From assembly GCA_016931855.1 (NCBI GenBank), contig JAFGDZ010000041.1, positions 1 through 25,150 on the forward strand: DNA of 25,150 bases. Reading direction: 5' to 3'. Numbering within the stretch: position 1 is the stretch's first letter; each line of letters begins with the position of its first letter. Shown piece after piece: positions 16,077-24,643 of this stretch. The position numbers and the translations under genes were made by a program. This DNA is from Bacteroidales bacterium (GTDB lineage Bacteria; Bacteroidota; Bacteroidia; Bacteroidales; Tenuifilaceae). Under the pieces are notes generated by a model. The model ran no database searches and had not been told where the DNA came from. It saw only the letters and a program-made list of their open reading frames with translations.

Positions 16077-18410
16077 ATGAAAAGAGCTTTTGTTTTTCTA
16101 GTTGCGCTGATGCTTTTAAGTGGCGAGGTGTTTTCCCAAAATCTTACGCAGAGCGTTAGGGGAGTAGTGGTTGATGCCTCTACAGGTGAGTCGCTAGTTG
16201 GTGCAACAGTTATACTTGTGGGTGTAGAGCCCATTGTTGGTACTGCCACCAATGTTGATGGCGAGTTTCTGTTGGGAAGCGTGCCCGTGGGTAGGCATAG
16301 CTTTAAGGTTAGCATGGTTGGCTATCAGCCTTTGGCGGTTAATGAGCAGATGGTAACCTCAAGCAGGGAGCTTAACCTGAAAGTGGAGCTGCACAAATCG
16401 GTTACCGAACTGGATGCTGTTGTGGTTAGCGTTAAAAAGGATGCGCCGCTAAACTCCATGTCAACGGTTAGCGCGCGCCAGTTTACGGTTGAGGAAACGC
16501 AGCGCTACGCTGGTGGTTTGAGCGACCCTGCCCGTTTGGCCTCATCGTTTGCGGGGGTGGCAACGCCTTCGGTTAGCAGCAATGGTATATCGGTTAGAGG
16601 TAATAATCCTGGTGGGTTGCTTTGGCGCGTTGAGGGCGTGGAGATTCCCAATCCCAACCACTTTGCCAACCTAACCGTTGTTGGGGGCGGCATGATAACT
16701 GTACTTAGCAACCAGATGGTGGCAAACAGCGATTTCTTTACTGGTGGTTTTTCGGCAGAGTATGGCAATGCCCTTTCGGGTGTGTTTGATATTAAACTGA
16801 TATCTGGAAATGAGCGCAAGCGGAATTACACCATGCAGGCCGGTTTGCTGGGTATCGATTTTGCCACCGAAGGCCCTTTTGCCCATGGCAAGCAGGCAAC
16901 CTATGCGCTAAACTACCGCTACTCGGCAATGGGGCTAATTGCCCCTTTTCTCCCCGACGATGCGGGTATCCTAAGGTATCAGGATTTTTCGGCTAAGCTT
17001 ACCTTCCCAACTAAGCGGGCAGGCACTTTCACCGTGTGGGGGCTTGCTGCTTTAGATGGAATTGATATGGATGCACTGGAAAGCACAGAGTGGGAGGCCA
17101 ATACCGATAGGGATAACTCCCAAACGGCGCTTTACATGTATGCCGCTGGCCTATCGCATAGGGTTAACCTTACAGGGAAATCGTACCTAAATACCTCTGT
17201 TGCAGCAACAGGTAGTGGGTTAAGTCATGAGGAGCAGCGCGTTCAGCTAGATTTGTCGGAGTTGCCACAGTCCGATGTGGAGAATAACCTGTGGCGCGTA
17301 ACCCTACAATCGGTGCTTAGCACCCGATTTGGTGAGCGGCACTCAAACCGCACGGGCTTTTACATAAATCGTTTGGGGTACAACGTTAATCTATCGCAGG
17401 CGCTAGCCGATGGCGAGCAACCAACCCTTATTGCCGACCAAAGCGGCAGCTCCATGCTGTTTCAGGCGTTTAGCCAGTCTAGGGTGATGCTCACCAATCG
17501 CCTGTCGCTTAATGTGGGATTGCATGCCCTTTACTTCCACCTAACCAAGCAGCACTCCATTGAGCCGCGCATGGGCGTGAAGTTTGATTTGACCTCGCGC
17601 AGCAGTTTGGGCTTTGCCTATGGAATCTATAGCCGTATTGAGCACCTGCCCGTTTACTTTGTCCGCTCATCGGGTGCTATGCCCAACAAGGATTTGGACC
17701 TGATGAAATCGGAGCACTTTATACTATCCTACAATATCAAAATAAATGATAACCTACGGTTCTGTGTTGAACCCTACTTTCAGCAGCTTAGGGATATTCC
17801 CGTGGCACCCATTGGCTATCTATCAACTGTAAATACCGAGGAGGATGTGTTTTTTAACCACCAGCTGGTTAGCAAGGGGAGCGGCCATAACGTTGGGGTA
17901 GATTTTACCTTGGAACGATTTCTAAGCAAGGGGTTCTACTACCTGGCAACTGCATCGGTTTTTGATTCAAAGTATAAGGCCATTGATGGCATTGAGCGCA
18001 ATACCCGCTTTAACCGAAACTACGTTCTAAACCTTTTGGTAGGGAAGGAGTGGCAGTTGGGACGTGCAAAGAATAACATTTTGGGGGCAAACCTACGATT
18101 GAACTACATGGGAGGCAATAGGCGAGAGCCTATTGATTACGCCGCATCGCTAGCAGCAAAGGATGTGGTCTATTCCGAGAGTGGTGCCAGAGCCTATTCT
18201 GCTCAGTTTGACGATATGCCCGTAGTTTCTGTTGCTCTGTCGTTCAGAAGGAATAAGCCTCGCTACTCCGCAGTTTGGACGGTTCAGGTGCTAAATGCAT
18301 TGGGAACAAAGGAGTTTAAAACCGATTACTATAACCTGAAAACAGGAACTATCGACTCGAAATTTGATGGTGTAATGGTGCCAAATATCAGCTACCGCGT
18401 GGAGTTTTAA
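16077..18410 (+). CDS. TonB-dependent receptor-like outer membrane protein with carboxypeptidase-like domain
   Basis: 777 aa; signal peptide; VRGVVVDASTGESLVGATVILVG; plug GVATPSVSSNGISVRGNNPGGLLWRVEGVEIPNPNHF; C-terminal NISYRVEF. Clearly similar to the 5972..8554 product. Confidence 0.88.
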   Translation: MKRAFVFLVALMLLSGEVFSQNLTQSVRGVVVDASTGESLVGATVILVGVEPIVGTATNVDGEFLLGSVPVGRHSFKVSMVGYQPLAVNEQMVTSSRELNLKVELHKSVTELDAVVVSVKKDAPLNSMSTVSARQFTVEETQRYAGGLSDPARLASSFAGVATPSVSSNGISVRGNNPGGLLWRVEGVEIPNPNHFANLTVVGGGMITVLSNQMVANSDFFTGGFSAEYGNALSGVFDIKLISGNERKRNYTMQAGLLGIDFATEGPFAHGKQATYALNYRYSAMGLIAPFLPDDAGILRYQDFSAKLTFPTKRAGTFTVWGLAALDGIDMDALESTEWEANTDRDNSQTALYMYAAGLSHRVNLTGKSYLNTSVAATGSGLSHEEQRVQLDLSELPQSDVENNLWRVTLQSVLSTRFGERHSNRTGFYINRLGYNVNLSQALADGEQPTLIADQSGSSMLFQAFSQSRVMLTNRLSLNVGLHALYFHLTKQHSIEPRMGVKFDLTSRSSLGFAYGIYSRIEHLPVYFVRSSGAMPNKDLDLMKSEHFILSYNIKINDNLRFCVEPYFQQLRDIPVAPIGYLSTVNTEEDVFFNHQLVSKGSGHNVGVDFTLERFLSKGFYYLATASVFDSKYKAIDGIERNTRFNRNYVLNLLVGKEWQLGRAKNNILGANLRLNYMGGNRREPIDYAASLAAKDVVYSESGARAYSAQFDDMPVVSVALSFRRNKPRYSAVWTVQVLNALGTKEFKTDYYNLKTGTIDSKFDGVMVPNISYRVEF

Positions 18411-18427
18411 ACTTATTAGGGATGAAG

Positions 18428-18461
18428 AAAAGGGCATCGGATTTATTCTGATGCCCTTTTT
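18428..18461 (+). terminator. Rho-independent-like terminator after second receptor gene
   Basis: AAAAGGGCATC (18428-18438), 11-nt loop, GATGCCCTTTT (18450-18460), then T. Confidence 0.85.
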
Positions 18462-18519
18462 GTGGTTGTATTGATTTATCTATGTATTATGATAAACCCA
18501 AGATTTTCTGCGTGGCATC

Positions 18520-18950
18520 GACCAGTGAGCCGAAAAACAAGCAAAGTTGGCGTTAAAAAAAATCTGCTGTTCGAGGCACCGACCGAAGGGAGGTGTGAGT
18601 TCAGATTTTTTAGCCAACAACGCGTAGTTTTTCGAGCGAAGTGGGCGCAGCCTTGAATTTCTTTGCTTCCTTTCTTGTTTCAAGACAAGAAAGGAAGTGG
18701 GGTTTGGGGCAAAGCCCCATTTTTAAAGAGCGATTTAAAACTTGTTTTTGTTTGGTAAGAGGGAGCAATATTCGATTGTTGAAGTTAGATAAAGTTCATT
18801 CTTTTTGCTTTTCACATTTTTGCCCTTCTCCTCAAGCAAAAGCTCCTTGCTACGGCAAATGAGTTTAGTGCGATTGAAACAAAGTAAAGCGCAAGTTGGG
18901 TGTAGCGCAGCGGCATATTCTCTGGTGCAGCCTGCCCAATAATAAATCCT
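18520..18950. repeat. Structured non-coding block, probable dispersed intergenic repeat
   Basis: Several nested inverted repeats (18546-18618, 18666-18697, 18705-18719) and no credible protein in any frame across most of the block. Multiplicity in the genome cannot be tested here and boundaries are approximate. Confidence 0.45.
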
Positions 18951-19021
18951 GTAACAAAGCAGCAAACTCCAACTATTAGCACTACTCTAAGATTTTTGGG
19001 CATTGTGTTATTCCTTTTCAT
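18812..19021 (-). CDS. Small membrane protein ORF (hypothetical)
   Basis: 69 aa; MPKNLRVVLIVGVCCFVTGFIIGQ is a plausible TM segment; located directly downstream of the sigma/membrane gene pair on the same strand. Confidence 0.35.
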   Translation of the reverse strand: MKRNNTMPKNLRVVLIVGVCCFVTGFIIGQAAPENMPLRYTQLALYFVSIALNSFAVARSFCLRRRAKM

Positions 19022-19032
19022 GATAATCTGAT

Positions 19033-19644
19033 TTAAAGGCTCTCCTTAATTTTTACTAGCTCATCCATAATGGGGTAAACCTCGTTCCTTATGCGCCAAA
19101 GCCTAATAAGGTAGCCAATGGTTGTAGAGGCAGCAATCATCCCCGAAATAAAAAGGTGAATCTGAATTCTCTCCAGCATTACCTCGTTCTCTAGCATGGG
19201 CCATACCAGCAGGTTTGCGCCAATGCCAAGGGCTACGCTAAATAGCACAAAGGGCGATTTGAAAATGGCATTCTGCTTGGTTAGCAGCGCTAGTGCGGCA
19301 TTAATAAACTCATTGGTTGGCTTGCCAAAGGGCAGCTTGCTCATCTTAAACTGATTCCTAAGGTAGTACCCAAAGAATATGGCTGTTCCGGCTACAATCA
19401 GGGCTAACCCAGCAATGGTGTACAGGGTGTTCGATGCCATAAGTGCCGTTGGCATGGTAGTGGTAATTATAAGTATCAAGGCAATAAGCTTTATGCGATT
19501 AATTTTATCCTGAAACGATTGGAACTTCCGCAGCCTATCGGTTATGGAGCTCATCGCTTCGGGCTTTTGGGGTGTCGATACTGTGTTAGCACCTTTTGAA
19601 ACCCAAAGAGCTTGCAGCTCGGCAAAATCGTTGCTATTGTTCAT
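19033..19644 (-). CDS. Multi-TM protein, possible anti-sigma partner
   Basis: 203 aa with four likely TM segments; start overlaps the end of the upstream sigma gene (19634..19644). Confidence 0.55.
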   Translation of the reverse strand: MNNSNDFAELQALWVSKGANTVSTPQKPEAMSSITDRLRKFQSFQDKINRIKLIALILIITTTMPTALMASNTLYTIAGLALIVAGTAIFFGYYLRNQFKMSKLPFGKPTNEFINAALALLTKQNAIFKSPFVLFSVALGIGANLLVWPMLENEVMLERIQIHLFISGMIAASTTIGYLIRLWRIRNEVYPIMDELVKIKESL

Positions 19645-20140
19645 CTTTCAAAAGGTTTTTAAGTTGATTTTTAATTCGGCTCACCTTAACGCCAACGTAG
19701 TTTGCGGTAATTCCCACAATCTCAGCAATCTCTTCGTAGGGTAACCCCTCCAGCACAAGCGATATTATTAGCCTGTCCTGTTTCTCTAGCTGCGATATGG
19801 CCTTAGCGAGGCTGTTAAGCCTATCGCTGTTGGGGTCGGTGGAGTCGTAAATGGGCTCTTCGCCAAGCTGCTCCTTAAACAGATTGCTCTTGGCGCTCTG
19901 GTAGTTCTTAAACTTTCGGTTGTAAAAAATGGCCGAGTTAACCGCAACCCGGTACACCCAGGTTCCAATCTGCGACTCGCCCCTAAACGAGTCAAGGCTG
20001 TTCCAAACGTTTGTCATAACCTCTTGAAACAGGTCGTCAACATCGTTCTTCTGGTAGATATACCCGTAGCAAATGCGGTATATCTTATCCCTATAGTCCT
20101 TGTAAATACTTGCAAATAGCTCCTCTTTCTTTGTCATCAA
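19634..20140 (-). CDS. ECF-type RNA polymerase sigma factor
   Basis: 168 aa; NDVDDLFQEVMTNVWNSLDSFRGESQIGTWVYRVAVNSA and LEKQDRLIISLVLEGLPYEEIAEIVGITANYVGVKVSRIKNQLK. Confidence 0.92.
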   Translation of the reverse strand: MMTKKEELFASIYKDYRDKIYRICYGYIYQKNDVDDLFQEVMTNVWNSLDSFRGESQIGTWVYRVAVNSAIFYNRKFKNYQSAKSNLFKEQLGEEPIYDSTDPNSDRLNSLAKAISQLEKQDRLIISLVLEGLPYEEIAEIVGITANYVGVKVSRIKNQLKNLLKDEQ

Positions 20141-20294
20141 CTACAGTTTAGCACTGTTAATATGCATGAACGCTCATACTTTTAGGTCGATAGCTAGCCA
20201 TATCAATCTAAAAGCACCATTTTAGTTGCAGCAAGTTTACGAATATTACAGCTTGATATGTTTTTTTGTTGATGATTGATTTTGCGCTGAGGTT

Positions 20295-20927
20295 TTATCC
20301 CAATATCTGCCCAAGAATAATCTTTACCGATGTTATTATGTACTCTATGCCAATGGCAATAACAATAAAACCAATGATTCGCGATACCGAGTTTAGCCCC
20401 GATGCGCCCATCTTTGACGATATAAAGTGCGAGCTGCGCAGTATGAGGTAGGTTAGTGCGCCCACAACGGGGATGGTAGCAAAAATTGCCAGGGTTTGCA
20501 GCCAGCCCGTGTGCGTTTCGTTAAGCGAGATGAGTAGCGATATGGAGCCCGGTCCAGCAAGCATTGGTATTGCCAGCGGGGTAAGCGATGAGTCCTCCTT
20601 TTGCAGCGCCTCTTGGTGTATGGTTTTATCCATTCCTTTGTGCTTGGCGAATGTGCCTGTAAGTAGCGCAAAACCAGAACTGGTAATAATTAGCCCGCCA
20701 GCAATTCGCAGTGACTCAATGGTGATTCCAAAAAACTGAATAATAAACTTACCCCCAAAGTAGGCTGTGGAAAGTATAATTATCATGTAGATGCTGGCCT
20801 TTAGCGCAGTTGTGTTGCGTTCCTGCTTGGTGTTGTCCTCTGTTATACCAATAAAAACGGGCATTGTACCCAACGGGTTAACAACAGAGAAAAGTGCTGC
20901 AAGGGTGGTAAGAAAAAGTGTAATCAT
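20295..20927 (-). CDS. MarC-family integral membrane protein
   Basis: 210 aa; FSVVNPLGTMPVFIGIT, LRIAGGLIITSSGFALLTG, LTPLAIPMLAGPGSISLLI are MarC hallmarks. Confidence 0.9.
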   Translation of the reverse strand: MITLFLTTLAALFSVVNPLGTMPVFIGITEDNTKQERNTTALKASIYMIIILSTAYFGGKFIIQFFGITIESLRIAGGLIITSSGFALLTGTFAKHKGMDKTIHQEALQKEDSSLTPLAIPMLAGPGSISLLISLNETHTGWLQTLAIFATIPVVGALTYLILRSSHFISSKMGASGLNSVSRIIGFIVIAIGIEYIITSVKIILGQILG

Positions 20928-20948
20928 GCATCAATATATTTTTGATGC
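20928..20948 (-). promoter_or_regulatory. Perfect inverted repeat abutting the MarC start codon
   Basis: GCATCAA (20928-20934), 7-nt spacer, TTGATGC (20942-20948), directly next to the CAT (ATG) at 20925-20927. Confidence 0.4.
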
Positions 20949-21025
20949 AAATATCACCCCATCGCCTCCTTTGCCAAGCTACGCCATTGTTGCGTTATTG
21001 TTAATGTTGCGTGTGGGCGCGAATA

Positions 21026-22276
21026 TTACTCCCTTTTCTCCTTTTTTAGCATCGATATGGTTAATCCACCAATAATAATGGCTATTGCAGCCATAACAAC
21101 CCATAGCCAAACCTTACTAATTGGGAGGGTTGGCTCCTTTTCTGTACTTGTTGTAGCAATGCTTTGCTCGTTACCTAGGCTAATCTCTGCTAGCGATTCC
21201 GGAATTCTATTGGTAAAAAGGGTTATATCGTAGTTTGGCTTGTAGGCATGGCTATTGCCATAGGCCAAAAAGTAGCTAGCCTTTTCAGTGAATCGGGCAA
21301 TGAGCTCGTGGGTGTAACCGTAAGCCTCAATTGCTCCAATGTTTAATGGGGTATTATCAGCATTCTGCACTGTGATGCGTAGTTTCTGAGCAGTGGTGCT
21401 ACTAAAGTGAAACTCGTTACTCTCAAATGATGTTAGGGTGCCCGATTCAAGCATACTATAGCTGTATCGCCAGCCCTGCTCCGTTTTAATGCTATCGGTT
21501 ATGCGCTCAATGGTTATGGGGCGGTAGTAATCAAAATCGCTACTAACGTTAACCTTAATAATGCTAACCGGAACGGGCTGCTTTAGGGTTACATACACCA
21601 CCGACTCCCTTGTGCTTTTGTTATTCTCTATGGGCAATTGGGTTAGCTCGTACCTACTCCTTACGCCCGTTGAGGTGCTCCTTAAACTAGCTGTAGCCGA
21701 TTGTAGCGTTGGTTTGCTACTGCTTTTAACCAAAATCCTTAGGTAGCGGTAGTTGGTTTCGGGGAAGCTAAGGTTGGAGTATGTATAGCTGGTGTGGCTG
21801 TTTGCTATTGATACAATCCGCTGGTTGGCGCATACTGTAAACCACTCCTGCTGGTTGTGGCTACCCTCAAGGGTTGCTAGCCAGTCAAAGTTATCCTCGT
21901 TAAAGCTTAGCTTAATCTGGTTAACCTGTTGGCTGTGCTTGTTATCCAGGGTAAAGTAGTAGCCGCTACTATTGTACGATGCGTTAATGATGCCCAGATT
22001 AGCATCGGTAACGGTAACCTTTTCTGCGTTAATCCTGAGGATGTAAGGAGCCTCAATGGTATCGTTGGCTGGGGTTATGCCGTAAATCCTAATATCGGTT
22101 AGGCGCGAGTTTGCCTTGCCAAAAATATCATTTGGCAGCGTTACCTTATGCCAGTCGCTCGATATTCCATTAATATCCCGTTTATATAGATATCTGTTGG
22201 TTTGCCCAAGTAATGAGGTTGCCGTGCTCAGAAGCAGTATTCCAAGGCAGAGCTTAGTTTTCAGAATCATCAGCAA
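21026..22276 (-). CDS. DUF3999-like protein
   Basis: 416 aa; signal peptide, discoidin-like strands, C-terminal TM; directly downstream of and overlapping a DUF2339 gene, the usual pairing. Confidence 0.65.
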   Translation of the reverse strand: MLMILKTKLCLGILLLSTATSLLGQTNRYLYKRDINGISSDWHKVTLPNDIFGKANSRLTDIRIYGITPANDTIEAPYILRINAEKVTVTDANLGIINASYNSSGYYFTLDNKHSQQVNQIKLSFNEDNFDWLATLEGSHNQQEWFTVCANQRIVSIANSHTSYTYSNLSFPETNYRYLRILVKSSSKPTLQSATASLRSTSTGVRSRYELTQLPIENNKSTRESVVYVTLKQPVPVSIIKVNVSSDFDYYRPITIERITDSIKTEQGWRYSYSMLESGTLTSFESNEFHFSSTTAQKLRITVQNADNTPLNIGAIEAYGYTHELIARFTEKASYFLAYGNSHAYKPNYDITLFTNRIPESLAEISLGNEQSIATTSTEKEPTLPISKVWLWVVMAAIAIIIGGLTISMLKKEKRE

Positions 22277-24602
22277 TAATATTCTTGTACTTATTATAAA
22301 GGAACGAAATCACCAGTAGCAGCACTCCCAGCGAAACAAAAACAATAGTCTTTGCAATTGTATCTAAGTGCGAGATATCGTAAACAAATAGCTTAACCAG
22401 CGTAATGGCAAATAGCACAATGGCGCCAATGCGCAGGTGCTTCCGCTTTTTCCAAATCCCTAAAACAACTATGGCCAAAGCACAAATACCCCACAGGATG
22501 CTTAAACCCAGTTTATACGATTGGTTCGATTTGGCAATATCTAACCAGTTAAGCAGCTCGCTGCTGGCAATCCAAACAAGGGCGGTTAGTATAAATAGCT
22601 CGGCAGCCACTCTTGCTTTTACCCCTAGGTCTCCTTTTAGCAGGTTAACCTGTGCTAACCATAGGGTTACACCTGCAAATGCAAGCGAAATGTATCGTAT
22701 CCAGATATTAAAAACGCTATGACTGTAGTATTCCGATAGGGTTTGCTCTATGTAGCTCTCTCGTAGCTCGCTAAGGGCAAATAGTCCTTGGGTTAGGAAT
22801 AGCATTATGGCAATAAGGCTAATGGCAGTGCAAACCTTTCCAAACTCAGGGCTCTTTATCTTTACTTGATTGGTAAGGGTTAGTAGGGCGGCAAACAGTA
22901 GCGTGAAATTGGCTGTCCACACCCATTTTAGGTTGGAGTAGTCCTCGTTCCAGTAGTAGTTGGGGTATTCCTCTCCACTTGGCGTTATAACCAGCGCCGA
23001 GTGGCTGTACAGGTTATTCCAGTATGTGGAAATCTCTATTCTTGTTGATATGTACAGCGCTATTAGCATAATGGCAGGAGCAAGTATTAGGCTAAGGCGT
23101 TCTACTCCCTTGCTGTTACTGGTTGCGGCTGCTTTAGTTCTGCTTAGGTAGGTAATAAATCCAAATGCCCCGGTAAATAGCAGTGCCGATAGGTAGTTAA
23201 TGTTTACAAATGGGGTTATTGCGTGCTCTCCAGCCTCAGTAAATACTACGCTGCTCGTATTTAGCCAGTCGTGCGCAATGCTGCCAAAAGCAAGTATCAT
23301 AAGCGGATACGATAGCTTTTCGTATATATCAATGCTTCTGGTTCTACCTATCCAGAAAAGTAGCGCTGCTTCGCCTGCCCAGAGTAGGGTTACCCAGTTT
23401 CCGCTTAGCTGTACAGGTATGGCAATTGTTATAAACACCAGCACTAACCCCGATACTAGGTAGAATAGGTTTCTATCGGCCAGTTTCTGTCTGTAGATGG
23501 TAAGGCTAACCGCAAAGTGAATAATTGCGCTGATTAGGGTGAAAAGCCCAAGCAGGTGTTGCCCCGTTTCGTGGTTGTTTAGTATGGCGTACCCAAATCC
23601 GTAGAATAGGAATGAGTTAGCTAGAATTAGCCCAACATCATGAATCAAAACCTTTTCGCTGTTCCTAATTTTGTAAGTAACAAATATTAGGTAAAAGGTT
23701 ATAAAGAAGATTGACAGGAAGGTTAGCGCAAGCGCAAAGTTGCTATCCCCATTGTACTTTGCCGCAAACCACGATGCGTATATTAACCAGGTTAGCCCAA
23801 ACGATGAGTAGTAGAGCTCTTTCCAGTATCGCTTAAAGGTGATAGCAAGAATCCCTATATTAATAATAGCTACGTAGGAGAATAGAATGGCAACTCTTCC
23901 CGAACCATCGCTTAGTAGAAATGGTACTGCATAAGCGCCAACAAGACCAATGTGGGCTATTATCTGCTTATTGTATGTTAGCGCAGCGCCCACTGTGAAA
24001 ATGGTGAACAGTACCATTAACCCAAAGGCAATGCTCTGTGGTACTAGCGAATAGAAGTTGTATGCCGTAAAAGTTATAAAGTAGAGTATGGCAATTGCAC
24101 CGCTTACAAGTACTGCGCTGTAGTTCTCGTACTTTTGCTTTAGCTTGATACCTATCCCTAGCATCACCAAACCAGCAAGGTAGCCCATAATAATGCGGAG
24201 TACAGGGCTAATCAAATCGTGCTCAATGGAGTATTTGGCTCCAATTGCAACTCCAATTACGGTAATGGCAATGCCAATTTTGTTGATAAGATTCTCTCCA
24301 ATAAACTTTTCAAGGTTTCTCCTAGGCTTGCTAAGGGGCGGGGTTGGCTCCTCATTCAATTGTCTAAACGGCGCAACTACAGGTGTATCCTCGTTTATCT
24401 TGTTTAGGGTGGAGCTCGTTGTTAGGGGTAAGTTGTCCTGTTGTTGCTCTTTTTCTGTTGCTTGTAGTGCTCCCTGTTCCTTTTTTAGTGCTTGTATATC
24501 AGTTTTTAAGGCGGTAATGTCCTCTGTAAAGCGTTTGTGTCTTAGCAGCAGCTCTTCAAGCTTGCCCTCTAAGTAATCTAATCTGCTATTCCCTTTTCCC
24601 AT
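22254..24602 (-). CDS. DUF2339 multi-TM membrane protein
   Basis: 782 aa; N-terminal coiled coil, FIGENLINKIGIAITVIGVAIGAKYSIEH, followed by more than 20 TM-like segments. Confidence 0.85.
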   Translation of the reverse strand: MGKGNSRLDYLEGKLEELLLRHKRFTEDITALKTDIQALKKEQGALQATEKEQQQDNLPLTTSSTLNKINEDTPVVAPFRQLNEEPTPPLSKPRRNLEKFIGENLINKIGIAITVIGVAIGAKYSIEHDLISPVLRIIMGYLAGLVMLGIGIKLKQKYENYSAVLVSGAIAILYFITFTAYNFYSLVPQSIAFGLMVLFTIFTVGAALTYNKQIIAHIGLVGAYAVPFLLSDGSGRVAILFSYVAIINIGILAITFKRYWKELYYSSFGLTWLIYASWFAAKYNGDSNFALALTFLSIFFITFYLIFVTYKIRNSEKVLIHDVGLILANSFLFYGFGYAILNNHETGQHLLGLFTLISAIIHFAVSLTIYRQKLADRNLFYLVSGLVLVFITIAIPVQLSGNWVTLLWAGEAALLFWIGRTRSIDIYEKLSYPLMILAFGSIAHDWLNTSSVVFTEAGEHAITPFVNINYLSALLFTGAFGFITYLSRTKAAATSNSKGVERLSLILAPAIMLIALYISTRIEISTYWNNLYSHSALVITPSGEEYPNYYWNEDYSNLKWVWTANFTLLFAALLTLTNQVKIKSPEFGKVCTAISLIAIMLFLTQGLFALSELRESYIEQTLSEYYSHSVFNIWIRYISLAFAGVTLWLAQVNLLKGDLGVKARVAAELFILTALVWIASSELLNWLDIAKSNQSYKLGLSILWGICALAIVVLGIWKKRKHLRIGAIVLFAITLVKLFVYDISHLDTIAKTIVFVSLGVLLLVISFLYNKYKNIIADDSEN

Positions 24603-24643
24603 TTTTTTAGGGTTTGATTATTTTTTATTGCAAGCAGAATGAG

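Noticed and set aside
16505-16886. Minus-strand ORFs inside the second receptor gene
   Set aside because: Antisense shadows of conserved plug-domain coding sequence.
18462-18862. Short plus-strand ORFs (64 and 73 aa) in the structured block
   Set aside because: Low-complexity, hairpin-derived peptides such as FASFLVSRQERKWGLGQSPI. More likely non-coding repeat than genes.
20208-20225. CTAAAA-gcacca-TTTTAG inverted repeat between MarC and the sigma gene
   Set aside because: Only 6 bp and A/T-dominated. Expected by chance in AT-rich intergenic DNA.
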